Below are positions 39,823 to 50,501 of a stretch of DNA of 64,000 nt, one piece after another. The stretch spans positions 18,729-82,728 of the forward strand of contig CAXHZO010000008.1 in NCBI GenBank assembly GCA_964022095.1, read 5' to 3'. The DNA is from an uncultured Arcobacteraceae bacterium (GTDB lineage: Bacteria; Campylobacterota; Campylobacteria; Campylobacterales; Arcobacteraceae). Positions within the stretch are counted from its first letter, which is position 1; each line of letters begins with the position of its first letter. The position numbers and the translations under genes were made by a program. Under the pieces are notes generated by a model that did not search any database, was not told the DNA's origin, and was given only the letters and a program-made list of their open reading frames with translations.

Positions 39823-42135
39823 ATGGCAAAGCAAATTGATTCATTACTTTTAGAAAGCACAACTACTAAAACAGTAAAGAGTGCTGAGTCAAAAGTAGAA
39901 AAAACTGGCACATCATTATTTGATTCTTTATTAAAAGAAAATTTTAAAAGTAATGAATCTATTGAATCTAAAGAGTCTACTAATCAGCAAGTAAATCAAA
40001 TAAAAACTTCAGAAAATATTAGTAAAACAATTAATAAAAACAGTACAACTAATATAGAAGTAAAAGCTCAATTAAACACTTTAAATACACAGCAAGAAGT
40101 TGATACTCAAGTATCACAAGCAACTGAAAAAGTTGAAGTAAAGCCTTCTTTATTGGACAAGTTAATATCAGAAGCAAAAAAAGATTTAAATAATCAACCT
40201 GTAAAAGAAGAAGTTAACAAAACAAATACAAATAACAGCATTGAAAAACAAACATTAGTAAAAACAGTTGACGCAACTAACTCAAAATTACAGACTACAC
40301 AAGATACTCAAGTTGAGCTAAAACAAACTGCTAAAACACAAACTCCTAATAAATCAGAAGATTCAAGTGTAAAATTAAATAAAGATAATGATTCTTTATT
40401 AGATGATTCAAAAACTCCTACTAAAAACCAAGGAGAACCTTCGCTTTTAGATAAATTAGTATCAGAAGCAAAAGTTGATGTAGAAGTTTCAAAGACATCA
40501 AAAGAGATACAAACACCACAGAAAATAGAAAATAATCAAGAAGTAAAACAGTCTGGTTTAAATGATACTAATGTAAATAAAACTCAAGAGATATTAGCTT
40601 CAACTGTAATTGTAAAACCACAAATAAAAAATACTGATAATGCCCAAACAGTTACTACTGCACAAACAAAAGAAGAATCTGTAGAAGTAGAAAATAAAGA
40701 AATAAAACCACAAATAAAAAATACTGATAATGCCCAAACAGTTACTACTGCCCAAACAAAAGAAGAATCTGTAGAAGTAGAAAATAAAGAGATAAAACCA
40801 CAAACAGTTACAAGTATTCAAACAAAACAGACTACTTCCTTAGATTCAGTAGAGCCTAAAGATAAACAAGCTGAGATATTAAACAATAATGCTTTAACTA
40901 ATAATGATAAAATTAATCAAGAAGTAGCACCAGTTATATCTCAACAAGCAAGTACTGAAAAAGTTTCAGTACAACAGCAATCAGTATTAACTCAAACAGC
41001 TGAAAATAAAAATATATCAACAATAACTGCAGATAATTCTAAAACACAAGAAACACAAGTATCAAAAGAAGTAAAAGTAGTGCCTCAAAATACAACTGTT
41101 AACTCTGATGATGTAAATAAAAAGGTAGCTAAAGAATTAGCATCCTTAAATACAAATACTGAATCTAGTGACATTAATATATCTAAAGAGAAGTTATTAT
41201 TAGAAGAGAATAAAAGTGTAGATAAAAAATCTACTTCTTTAATGGATCAACTACTTCAAAAGAACAAGGAAGTTGTTTTTGGAAATGAAGTTACTGGCCA
41301 ACAAAAGCAGATGAAGCAAAGTGATTTCTTAACAAGTATTTACTTAGGAAATCAAAAAAATAGTATTTCTAACCAATCACTTTTAAATAAAACACAAGCT
41401 GTAAATATTGCAGTAAATGGCAGTACTGTTGAAGATGTTAAAACTAGTGCACAGATGTTAGAATTAGGATTAGAAGATGTTGATGTACAAAAAGCAGTTG
41501 AGAATATAAAAAGACTTGATATTGAAAAGCTTGATAGAACAAACCTTTTAGATAGACTTGCCTTTAACAAAAATATTGCAAACATTGATATTAGAAATAT
41601 GATTACTTCATCTGTTGAAGCTAGTAAAGCACTACTTGAAGATACTATAAATTTAGTGGATGATCTATCTTTAAATGTTAATTCTCAAGCAATACAATCA
41701 ATTCAAACTAGAATTGTAGGTGCAAGACAACAAATGACACAAATGATGTCAGATGTAGCAAGACAAATGTATGAAAACTACAAGCCACCAGTAACTGCAT
41801 TTAGAATTAATTTAAATCCAGCAACACTTGGAGCTATATCAATTTTAATGAAAAATGATAGAGATAATGCATTATCTATTAGTATGAGTGTATCAAGTAG
41901 TTCAACATTAGATTCTTTACTTGATAATCAAAGTACATTGAGAAACTCTTTAAATAAGCTGTTTGATGAAAATACTAAATTTAATTTAAACTTTAGTTCT
42001 TCAAGTGATAATAATCAATCTTCAAATCAAAATAACAAAGATGGTAATTCTCAACAACAATTTACTAATCAAGAGGTATTAAATACTCTAGAGGAAAATG
42101 AAGTAGAAGAAGAAAAAAATACAGATTATATGTAA
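39823..42135 (+). CDS. fliK: Hook-length control protein FliK
   Basis: Long low-complexity T/Q/K/E/N region; C-terminal T3S4-like INLNPATLGAI followed by a Q/N-rich tail. Confidence 0.82.
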   Translation: MAKQIDSLLLESTTTKTVKSAESKVEKTGTSLFDSLLKENFKSNESIESKESTNQQVNQIKTSENISKTINKNSTTNIEVKAQLNTLNTQQEVDTQVSQATEKVEVKPSLLDKLISEAKKDLNNQPVKEEVNKTNTNNSIEKQTLVKTVDATNSKLQTTQDTQVELKQTAKTQTPNKSEDSSVKLNKDNDSLLDDSKTPTKNQGEPSLLDKLVSEAKVDVEVSKTSKEIQTPQKIENNQEVKQSGLNDTNVNKTQEILASTVIVKPQIKNTDNAQTVTTAQTKEESVEVENKEIKPQIKNTDNAQTVTTAQTKEESVEVENKEIKPQTVTSIQTKQTTSLDSVEPKDKQAEILNNNALTNNDKINQEVAPVISQQASTEKVSVQQQSVLTQTAENKNISTITADNSKTQETQVSKEVKVVPQNTTVNSDDVNKKVAKELASLNTNTESSDINISKEKLLLEENKSVDKKSTSLMDQLLQKNKEVVFGNEVTGQQKQMKQSDFLTSIYLGNQKNSISNQSLLNKTQAVNIAVNGSTVEDVKTSAQMLELGLEDVDVQKAVENIKRLDIEKLDRTNLLDRLAFNKNIANIDIRNMITSSVEASKALLEDTINLVDDLSLNVNSQAIQSIQTRIVGARQQMTQMMSDVARQMYENYKPPVTAFRINLNPATLGAISILMKNDRDNALSISMSVSSSSTLDSLLDNQSTLRNSLNKLFDENTKFNLNFSSSSDNNQSSNQNNKDGNSQQQFTNQEVLNTLEENEVEEEKNTDYM
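40615..40803 (+). repeat. 90-bp tandem duplication (two copies plus 9 bp) inside fliK
   Basis: KPQIKNTDNAQTVTTAQTKEESVEVENKEI twice; the copies differ at two synonymous positions. Confidence 0.95.
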
Positions 42136-42884
42136 TGGAAGCATTTTTTTCTTTACTAAATAGTGAGATTTTATTTCACTTCTTACTTTTATTGGCAAGA
42201 ATTTTAGCTTTTGTAGCTTTCATGCCAATCTTTGGTCACACAGCTGTTTCTTCTACAATTAGAGTTGCAATTGCATTTTTTATTACTATATTTATATTTC
42301 CTTTAGTTGAAATAAATGGTTCAATTACACAAAGCAATTTTTTAATTGGAATTATTAGTGAAATAACTTTAGGTTTAGTTGCAGCTATGTTTATAAATAT
42401 AATATTTTCTGCAGTAAAAATTATTGGAGACTTTATAGGTTATTCAACTGCATTATCAATGGCTATGATGTTTGATCCAACAACTGGTACTCAAGAAGGT
42501 TTAGTATCAAGATTATTGTATTGGATTGCTCTAATGGTATTTTTCCAAACTGGAATGTACGAGATGACTTTAGTGATACTTTTAAAAAGTTTTTCAATGA
42601 TTCACTTAGGTACCTTTGATATTTTTTCATATGATGGTATTCAAATTGCTATTGATGAAGTTAAAAGAATGTTTGCCTTTGCCTTTGCATTTGCATTGCC
42701 ATTGTTTTTTATTGGTTTTATTATGGACGTTTATTATGGCTATGGTACAAAATCAATGCCAGCATTTTCTCCTTTTGTAATTACATTTCAATTGAAGTTT
42801 GCATTGATTTTTATATTTTTGATTTTAGGTATGGAAGTATTTACAGATACTTTCACAAACTATTTTATTACTAAATTTGAGTAG
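42135..42884 (+). CDS. fliR: Export gate protein FliR
   Basis: Very hydrophobic; MPIFG, SEITLG, MFDPTTG. Confidence 0.92.
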   Translation: MEAFFSLLNSEILFHFLLLLARILAFVAFMPIFGHTAVSSTIRVAIAFFITIFIFPLVEINGSITQSNFLIGIISEITLGLVAAMFINIIFSAVKIIGDFIGYSTALSMAMMFDPTTGTQEGLVSRLLYWIALMVFFQTGMYEMTLVILLKSFSMIHLGTFDIFSYDGIQIAIDEVKRMFAFAFAFALPLFFIGFIMDVYYGYGTKSMPAFSPFVITFQLKFALIFIFLILGMEVFTDTFTNYFITKFE

Positions 42885-42896
42885 TTAGGGTTAATT

Positions 42897-43946
42897 ATGG
42901 CTGATGAAGAAGAAAAAACAGAAGAGCCCACATCCAAAAAATTAGAAGATGCTAAAAATGAAGGTAATGTACCAAAATCTATGGAAGTTACTGGCGCTGC
43001 AGTTTTATTATTTGGATCAATTTATTTACTTTTTTTCTCCTCTTTTTCTTTATTAGAGATAAAAAAATTAATGCTTTTTACCTATGGATTCATAGGTGAA
43101 GATATGGATACAACTGTTTATAATTCTATTACACTTTATGTTGTTACTACACTTTTAAAAGCACTGACTCCTTTATTTATAATGGTATTAATATTAGTTT
43201 TAGCATCAAATTGGGCACAATTTGGTTTTATAGCAACTCCTTTAAAACTTGATTTACAAAAACTAGATCCAATTAAAGGATTTAAAAATATATTTGGTTT
43301 AAAAAAAGCATTAGAAGCTTTAAAGTTAACATTAAAACTTACAATAATTATAACTGTAATGACTATCTTATTTTTAGTTACAAATAAACTATTTTTAGCA
43401 ATGATGAATCAAGAAACTATGGCAACCATATCAACAATGGTTGAATTGATAATCTACTTTTTAGCAGCGATACTTTTAATTATAATTATTTTTGCTATAA
43501 TAGATTTTTATTTTACTCGACATTATTATATGAAATCTCTTAAAATGAGTAAGCAAGAGATTAAAGATGAGTTTAAAAATATGGAGGGTGACCCTCAAGT
43601 AAAGGGTAGAATTAGAAGAATTCAAATGCAAATGGCTCAAAAAAGAATGATGAGTGATGTGCCTGATGCAGATGTTGTAATTACAAATCCTACTCACTAT
43701 GCAATTGCTATGAAATATGATAATACTAAAGATTCAGCTCCAAAAGTAGTTGCAAAAGGTATTGATTTTTTAGCAATAAAAATTAAAGATATTGCAAAAG
43801 AAAATGATATTCCAATAATTGAGAATCCTTCTTTAGCAAGGGCAATTTATGATCAAGTTGAACCAGAACAACAGATCCCAAGTGAGTTCTATAAAGCATT
43901 AGCAGAAATTTTTTCATATGTTTATGAACTTAAAAATAAAAGGTAG
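42897..43946 (+). CDS. flhB: Export switch protein FlhB
   Basis: EKTEEPT, EGDPQVK, NPTH autocleavage site. Confidence 0.97.
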   Translation: MADEEEKTEEPTSKKLEDAKNEGNVPKSMEVTGAAVLLFGSIYLLFFSSFSLLEIKKLMLFTYGFIGEDMDTTVYNSITLYVVTTLLKALTPLFIMVLILVLASNWAQFGFIATPLKLDLQKLDPIKGFKNIFGLKKALEALKLTLKLTIIITVMTILFLVTNKLFLAMMNQETMATISTMVELIIYFLAAILLIIIIFAIIDFYFTRHYYMKSLKMSKQEIKDEFKNMEGDPQVKGRIRRIQMQMAQKRMMSDVPDADVVITNPTHYAIAMKYDNTKDSAPKVVAKGIDFLAIKIKDIAKENDIPIIENPSLARAIYDQVEPEQQIPSEFYKALAEIFSYVYELKNKR

Positions 43947-43949
43947 AGT

Positions 43950-45944
43950 TTGAAGTATTTATTAATTTTTATTTTAAGTGTTAATTTTTTATTTGCAAAA
44001 AAAGATTTTTACTATGGTTTTATTAATTCATCTGGAAATCAAATAAGTGAACAAAGAAAACAAAAAATTATAGATGGATTTGATATTATTGATAATGCCA
44101 AGCAACTTGCAAAAGAGGGCAAAATTAATGAATCTTATACTCAAATAAATAGTTTTAAAAATACTAATAATATTAAAGTTTTAAAATCAGATGCAATAAT
44201 TTTATATTCAGAATTAGCACTAAAAAAACGTACGAAAAGAATAGTACTTGATGCTGCTAAAGAATTAGAAGAATCAATTAACTCTTCACTAATAAATGAA
44301 TATGACTTAGCAAAAGCTTACTCTTTGCTAGTTGAACTAAAACTACAAATTAATAAAATTGATGATGCAAAGTATTTTTCAAATATTATTATAAATAATT
44401 TTGATGATGAACTAACAAAAACATATGGAAAAATTTCCCTTGCAAAAGTTTATAAATACCAAAGAAAATATTTTGCTGCAACAAAAACTTTATATGAAAT
44501 TTTAGCAAAAACTAAAGATAAAGAAGTTGCAACTGTTGTTGCTGATGAATTATTTGATGTTTATATTTTAGATAATAAATTAAAAGAGGCAAATGAACTT
44601 ATTGCCCAAGTTTTAAAAAACAATATTGAATACTATGCAAATGATTCTTATATTGCAAATGAAAAAATAAATAAGCTTATAAAAGCAGGAATGCCTGAGT
44701 ATGCTACAGAAATTTTAAAAGAGTTATTAGTAAGAACTACAAAAGATGAATCTATAGAAGATTTCAAATTTAAACTTGCTAATACTTATATGTTAATGTA
44801 TGATAGAACAAACTATTATTTGGAGAAAGCAAAAGAGTTATATAAAGATATTATTAATGATTATCCAAGTGGTGTTTATTCAAGAAAATCAAAAATGTTT
44901 TTAGATGAAATTTTAATGAGACAAGGCTTTGTTAAGCCAGTTGTTGTTGCAAGTAAGTATCAAAATTCTGAAGCAATGGAGCAAAAAGCTTTACTTCAAG
45001 AGTTAATGAATTATAAAGCAGACAAAAAATTTGATTTAATTATAAAAGGGAAAAAAGTTTATAGAAAAATATCAAATTCAATAGCTCAAAGATTTGGTTT
45101 TGAATCAATGAACTCAATCTTTGATGAAGTTAATATAGATATGATAAAACAATACCTTGATGAAGATAAGTGTTTTGAATTAAACAATGCTTTAAAAACT
45201 TCTAGAAAAGAGACTTTGGAAAAAATCGCACAAGATGAAACTATTAAATATAAATTCTTTGAATGTCTAATAGAAGTTCCTTATGAAAGGGCTTTTTTAC
45301 TATTAAAAGATACTTTTAACTCAAGTAGAGATGCAAATATTTATCTTTATTTAGAGCGGATGGCTCTTGGATTAAATTTAATTGATGAGGCAATTGATCT
45401 ATCTTCAAAAGTAGAGATGGTTGATAATAAAAAAGTTTTAGAAAAAGAGTTTATGTATAAATATCAAATTGCTAAAAAGAAAAATGATGGAATTATATTA
45501 GACAAATTTCTATATTATGCAAAATTTAATCCTGAATTTGTATTATCAAATAGTTCAAACCCTTTAATTATTGATTTTTATTACGATTTATATTTATATC
45601 AGTTAAAAAATAATGAAAATAAACAAGCAAGAGAAACTTTAAATAAATTAAATAAAAAGCAAAATGAATTAAAAGTTTTTGTATATTCTCCTTTTGTAGA
45701 GCTAGAGTTAGCTAAATATGAAAAAGATAAAAATAATAATCAAAAAGCTTTAGAGTATTTATTAGATTCAGTTCAAAATGCAAGAGTAATTAAGCCAAAT
45801 GATGAAGTTAAAATATATTATGAAATCTTAAAAACTTATGAAATATTAGGAAATAGTGATAAAAAAGATGAATACTTGAACAAATGTAAAGAAGTACAAA
45901 ATACTAAAGATAGTTTTTATAAAAAAATGTGTGATGGAATGTAA
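43950..45944 (+). CDS. Periplasmic TPR protein, probably PflA-like
   Basis: Signal peptide, TPR-like helices, YSPFVE, C-terminal Cys pair; lies between flhB and fliI. Confidence 0.55.
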   Translation: MKYLLIFILSVNFLFAKKDFYYGFINSSGNQISEQRKQKIIDGFDIIDNAKQLAKEGKINESYTQINSFKNTNNIKVLKSDAIILYSELALKKRTKRIVLDAAKELEESINSSLINEYDLAKAYSLLVELKLQINKIDDAKYFSNIIINNFDDELTKTYGKISLAKVYKYQRKYFAATKTLYEILAKTKDKEVATVVADELFDVYILDNKLKEANELIAQVLKNNIEYYANDSYIANEKINKLIKAGMPEYATEILKELLVRTTKDESIEDFKFKLANTYMLMYDRTNYYLEKAKELYKDIINDYPSGVYSRKSKMFLDEILMRQGFVKPVVVASKYQNSEAMEQKALLQELMNYKADKKFDLIIKGKKVYRKISNSIAQRFGFESMNSIFDEVNIDMIKQYLDEDKCFELNNALKTSRKETLEKIAQDETIKYKFFECLIEVPYERAFLLLKDTFNSSRDANIYLYLERMALGLNLIDEAIDLSSKVEMVDNKKVLEKEFMYKYQIAKKKNDGIILDKFLYYAKFNPEFVLSNSSNPLIIDFYYDLYLYQLKNNENKQARETLNKLNKKQNELKVFVYSPFVELELAKYEKDKNNNQKALEYLLDSVQNARVIKPNDEVKIYYEILKTYEILGNSDKKDEYLNKCKEVQNTKDSFYKKMCDGM

Positions 45945-47248
45945 TGAATATTGATGATATTTTAAATAAAATTGACTCTTCAAATTTATCAATTGCCTTT
46001 GGTCGAATAAAAAATATTTCAACAACAACAATAAATGCAACAGGTTTAGAAGTTGCCGTTGGTGATATTGTAAGAATAGAGTCTCAGCAGCATATATACT
46101 CAGTTTTGGGTATGGTTGCTTCTATAAATGATGATGATTTTACAATAGTTCCATTTTCTTTTATTGATGGATTTAGAATTCACGATAAGGTTTTTTTACA
46201 AAAAGATGGTTTAAGTGTTCCTTGTGGTTATGGTCTTTTAGGAAGAGTTGTAAATGCTTTAGGTGAACCTATTGATAGTAAAGGAAAAATCAAAGATATT
46301 GAAAACAATGCAGCTATAAATAAAGTTTCAATGCCTGCATTAGAAAGAGGTATTATTGATCAAAGATTCTCAACAGGAGTTAAATCTATTGATTCAATGC
46401 TTACTTCTGGTAAGGGACAAAAAGTTGGTATTTTTGCAGGTTCTGGTGTTGGTAAATCAACATTAATGGGAATGATAGTAAAAGGTTGTGAAGCTCAAAT
46501 AAAAGTTGTTGCACTTATTGGTGAAAGGGGAAGAGAAATTCCTGAATTTATCCATTATAATTTAAATAATGACTTAGAAAATACAGTTATTATTGCTGCA
46601 ACCTCTGATGAATCTGCTTTAATGAGAAAATATGGAGCCTTTACTGCAATGGCTATTGCAGAATTCTTTAGAGACAAAGGACATGATGTACTTCTTATGA
46701 TGGATTCTGTCACAAGATTTGCAATGGCTCAAAGAGAAATAGGTTTAAGTACAGGTGAACCTCCTGTTTCTAGGGGATATCCACCTTCAGTTTTTGCTCT
46801 TTTACCACAATTAATGGAGCGTGCTGGTAATAATGCAAGGGGTTCTATCACCGCATTTTTTACAGTACTTGTAGATGGTGATGATATGAATGATCCAATT
46901 GCAGATCAAAGTAGATCAATTTTAGATGGGCATATAGTTCTTACAAGAGAGCTAACAGAACAAGGTTTTTATCCCCCAATAAATCTATTGAAATCTGCTT
47001 CTAGGGTTATGGATAAGGTTGTAGATAAAGAGCATTATAATGGCTTTTTAAAGTTAAAAAGAGTATTATCTTTAATAAAAGAAAATGAAGTATTAGTTAG
47101 AGTCGGAGCATATAAAGCAGGTATGGATCCTGAACTTGATGATGCTATGGCTAAAAAAGAGAAGATTAGAGAGTTTTTAACTCAAGATACAAGCAATCAA
47201 TATGAATTTAATGAAATTGTATCCATGTTTAAAAAGGTTTTACAATGA
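45944..47248 (+). CDS. fliI: Flagellar export ATPase FliI
   Basis: GSGVGKS, GERGRE, DSVTRFAMAQRE, LDGHIVL. Confidence 0.97.
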   Translation: MNIDDILNKIDSSNLSIAFGRIKNISTTTINATGLEVAVGDIVRIESQQHIYSVLGMVASINDDDFTIVPFSFIDGFRIHDKVFLQKDGLSVPCGYGLLGRVVNALGEPIDSKGKIKDIENNAAINKVSMPALERGIIDQRFSTGVKSIDSMLTSGKGQKVGIFAGSGVGKSTLMGMIVKGCEAQIKVVALIGERGREIPEFIHYNLNNDLENTVIIAATSDESALMRKYGAFTAMAIAEFFRDKGHDVLLMMDSVTRFAMAQREIGLSTGEPPVSRGYPPSVFALLPQLMERAGNNARGSITAFFTVLVDGDDMNDPIADQSRSILDGHIVLTRELTEQGFYPPINLLKSASRVMDKVVDKEHYNGFLKLKRVLSLIKENEVLVRVGAYKAGMDPELDDAMAKKEKIREFLTQDTSNQYEFNEIVSMFKKVLQ

Positions 47249-48375
47249 TTACTCAAACAGAACAAACTTTACATAGATTAAGTCTATTAGACAATGCACA
47301 GCAAAAAATTAGTTATCAAATGAGTACAGGAGAAAAACTTCAAAAGGGAAGTGATGACTCTGAACTTTATGCAAGACAACTTTATGTTGATGATAAAATT
47401 AGAATGTATGAAGGTTTACAAACTCAAATTGAAAAAACTACTGCTCAAAATAATATTGCAGATTCAACAATTGGTGAAGTAAAAAATATCTTAGAATATA
47501 TTAAATCTGAAATGATAAAAGCTAATACTGATACTACAACTCAAGAAGGTCTAAAAGCAATTGCAGTTAATGTTGAAGGAATGAAGCAAAATATTCTTGA
47601 TTTAGCAAATACACAAATTGAGGGTGAATATTTATTTGCAGGTTCTGACTCTTCGGTTAGACCTTTTAGTGAAGATAGCTCAGGAAATGTAACTTACAAT
47701 GGTGATAATTTACTAAGAAAAGTTGCTGTAGAAGATGGTTCATATAGACAAAGAGGGGTAAATGGATATGATGTTATGTATTATCCCTCATCAACTGCAT
47801 ACAAAAATGAAGAATTAACATTCTCTTCAACAGATAAAATTTTTGATGAAGATGGCTTATCTTGGGAATTAAATACAGCAGGTGATACTTTAGAACAGTA
47901 TGATCTTGATGGAAATTTAACAGGAAACCAAATTACTGGTGTTACACTAACTGATGGTGTTTATAGTGCAACTGCACCAGCTGATGATGGAACTAAACTA
48001 GTTGCAAAAACTAGTATTTTTGAAACAATTAATAATGTAGTAAATGCTTTAAATAAAGTTGATTCTTTAGGTAATCCAATTAGTGTAGAAGATGCAAAAG
48101 CTGGTATTTCAAAAGGTGTTGATGCCATTGGTGATGCTTATGATGGAGTTAATGTTTCTCATGCAGATCTTGGTGGAAGAAATAGAGTGTTTGAAGTTTC
48201 ATTAGAAAGAGTTAGTTCTAAGCTAACTCAGTTTAATGTTTTATCAACTGAAATTGGAGCTGCGGATTTATCTAAAGTTGCTATTGAAGCAAAAGCTTTA
48301 GAATTGACATATACAGCACTTTATTCAACGATCAATAAAACAAATCAACTATCATTAGTAAATTTTATTAATTAA
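47245..48375 (+). CDS. flgL: Hook-filament junction protein FlgL
   Basis: Flagellin-like termini, QMSTG, ANTQIEGEYLFAG, LSLVNFI. Confidence 0.88.
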   Translation: MITQTEQTLHRLSLLDNAQQKISYQMSTGEKLQKGSDDSELYARQLYVDDKIRMYEGLQTQIEKTTAQNNIADSTIGEVKNILEYIKSEMIKANTDTTTQEGLKAIAVNVEGMKQNILDLANTQIEGEYLFAGSDSSVRPFSEDSSGNVTYNGDNLLRKVAVEDGSYRQRGVNGYDVMYYPSSTAYKNEELTFSSTDKIFDEDGLSWELNTAGDTLEQYDLDGNLTGNQITGVTLTDGVYSATAPADDGTKLVAKTSIFETINNVVNALNKVDSLGNPISVEDAKAGISKGVDAIGDAYDGVNVSHADLGGRNRVFEVSLERVSSKLTQFNVLSTEIGAADLSKVAIEAKALELTYTALYSTINKTNQLSLVNFIN

Positions 48376-48387
48376 TAAAAGTTATAA

Positions 48388-50499
48388 ATGAATATAAAGA
48401 AGTTTTTTTCTAAAGATTTATTTGTTGTTGCAATCTTTGTTGCAATCTTAATGATTATAATAGTCCCTTTACCAAAGGGAGTATTAGATTTCTTTCTAAC
48501 TATTTCATTATCATTATCACTATTAATTTTATTAATTTCTTTATATATTCAAAAACCTTCAGACCTTACTACTTTTCCTACGCTTATACTAATTCTAGCA
48601 CTTTTTAGGTTGTCTTTAAATATTGCAACTACAAGGTCTATTTTAAGTGAAGGTCATAATGGTCCTGATGCTGTAAGTTCCATTATTGCAGCCTTTGGAG
48701 AGTTTGTAGTTGGTGGAAATATGGTTATTGGTATTATTGTATTTATTATTCTAGTACTTATTAACTTTATGGTTGTAACAAAGGGTGCTACAAGAGTTGC
48801 TGAGGTTACTGCGAGGTTTACACTTGATTCTATGCCAGGAAAACAAATGGCAATTGATGCTGATTTAAATGCAGGGTTTATTGATGATATTCAAGCACAA
48901 GTAAGAAGAAAAGCTTTAATTACTGAAGCTAGTTTTTATGGAGCTATGGATGGATCTGCTAAGTTTGTAAAAGGTGATGCCGTTGCTGGTATTATTATTA
49001 CTTTAGTAAATCTAATTGGTGGGCTTTTAATAGGATTATTTCAACATGATATGACTGTGACTCAATCGGGTGAAATTTATACTATTTTAACTATCGGTGA
49101 TGGTTTAGTTGCCCAAATTCCAGCACTTATTTTATCAACAGCAACTGCTATTATTATCACTAGATCAAATATGGATGAAGATAAGTTTGCAAACCAATCA
49201 GTTATGCAATTAGTAAAAGAGAGTAAATCTTTAATTCTTGTAGGTATTGGAATGACTCTATTTGCATTTGTACCTGGTTTCCCAACTGGAATTTTAATGT
49301 TAATGGGATTATTGTTAATGTTTACTGGCTATGTGATAAGTATGATAGAAAATGGACAAGAGAATCCAATAACTAATTTCTTTAAAACTCCAGAAGAAAA
49401 ACCTGATATTACAGCTGATACAGAAACTTTAAAAGATAGAAAGAAAAAAGCTGTTGAAAATAATGAATCACAAAATATAGAAACTATTATGAAGCTTGAA
49501 GTTTTAGAGTTAAAACTTGGAGTAAGATTATTAAAACTTGTTCAGGGTAATTCAGAACTATTAGACAAAATTAGAGCTATTAGAAAAACAATTGCAAGCG
49601 AATTGGGATTTGTAATTCCTCAAATTAGAATTTCTGATGATGCTAATTTAGGTCCAAATGAGTATCAGTTATATTTAAAAAGAATTCCTTTAGTAAAAGG
49701 TAAAGTTGAAGTTGATAAGCTACTTGCAATGGGTGGTTTAGGTAATGAAAAATTAAAAGGTCTAAAAGTAAGAGAACCTGTGTTTAATTTAGATGCAACA
49801 TGGATTGATGAGTCATTAAAAGAAGAGGCTTTAATGAAAGGCTTCACTGTAGTTGATGCACCAACAATTATTTCAACTCATATCTCTGAAATAATCAAAA
49901 AACATGCAGAAGATATTATTACTAGACAAGATATTGTTGATATTATTGAAAGATTAAAAGGTGATTTCCCAATTGTTATTGAAGAGGCCATGAAACTTAC
50001 TTCTTATGGTAGTTTATTAAAAGTTTGTAAAGACTTATTACATGAAAAAATACCAATTATAGATATGTTAACTATTATAGAAGCAGTTGCTGATATTGCA
50101 GAGTTTACAAAAGCTCCTGATGTATTATTAGAACATGTCAGATCTAAACTATATAGATTAATTACTCAAAAGTTCAAAGACACAGATGGTATTTTACATA
50201 TTGTTACTATAAAACCTGATTTAGAACAACAGTTTATTGGAAAACTTCAAGATCAGCATGGTGTTTCTCAATTAATGCTTTCAATTGCAGAGATAAACAA
50301 TTTAGTTACAAAAACGAAAGAGCTTTTAGATCAAGTTGAAGCTAAAGGTTTAAGCAAAGTAGCTATGGTTGTAGATCCAAGTTTAAGAAAAAGAATTTCT
50401 GAAATTTATGAGAAATTTGGCTTACAAATTGCAGTTTTATCACATGCTGAACTTGATTCAAAAGCAAACTTCTCAATTGAGGGAACTTTAGAGTTTTAA
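48388..50499 (+). CDS. flhA: Export protein FlhA
   Basis: RVAEVTARFTLDSMPGKQMAIDADL, YGAMDGSAKFVKGD. Confidence 0.97.
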   Translation: MNIKKFFSKDLFVVAIFVAILMIIIVPLPKGVLDFFLTISLSLSLLILLISLYIQKPSDLTTFPTLILILALFRLSLNIATTRSILSEGHNGPDAVSSIIAAFGEFVVGGNMVIGIIVFIILVLINFMVVTKGATRVAEVTARFTLDSMPGKQMAIDADLNAGFIDDIQAQVRRKALITEASFYGAMDGSAKFVKGDAVAGIIITLVNLIGGLLIGLFQHDMTVTQSGEIYTILTIGDGLVAQIPALILSTATAIIITRSNMDEDKFANQSVMQLVKESKSLILVGIGMTLFAFVPGFPTGILMLMGLLLMFTGYVISMIENGQENPITNFFKTPEEKPDITADTETLKDRKKKAVENNESQNIETIMKLEVLELKLGVRLLKLVQGNSELLDKIRAIRKTIASELGFVIPQIRISDDANLGPNEYQLYLKRIPLVKGKVEVDKLLAMGGLGNEKLKGLKVREPVFNLDATWIDESLKEEALMKGFTVVDAPTIISTHISEIIKKHAEDIITRQDIVDIIERLKGDFPIVIEEAMKLTSYGSLLKVCKDLLHEKIPIIDMLTIIEAVADIAEFTKAPDVLLEHVRSKLYRLITQKFKDTDGILHIVTIKPDLEQQFIGKLQDQHGVSQLMLSIAEINNLVTKTKELLDQVEAKGLSKVAMVVDPSLRKRISEIYEKFGLQIAVLSHAELDSKANFSIEGTLEF

Positions 50500-50501
50500 T
50501 T

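Larger units (their letters stand above)
17299..50499. other. Contiguous flagellar and chemotaxis gene cluster (about 33 kb)
   Basis: About 35 tightly packed ORFs, most of them recognisable flagellar proteins; divergent arrangement around 19507-19664. Confidence 0.93.

Noticed and set aside
40615-40803. fliK repeat as a CRISPR array or mobile element
   Set aside because: Head-to-tail in-frame coding duplication with no spacers, cas genes or terminal repeats.
17299-50499. Cluster as an injectisome-type T3SS or a recent genomic island
   Set aside because: Rod, hook, stator and FlhFG genes identify it as flagellar; no integrase, tRNA, flanking repeats or evident compositional shift.
45944-50499. 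Absence of flgH, flgI, flgK, fliM, fliP, fliQ, fliD and flagellin as a sign of a defective flagellum
   Set aside because: All genes present look intact; the others may lie outside the window, which cannot be judged from this sequence.
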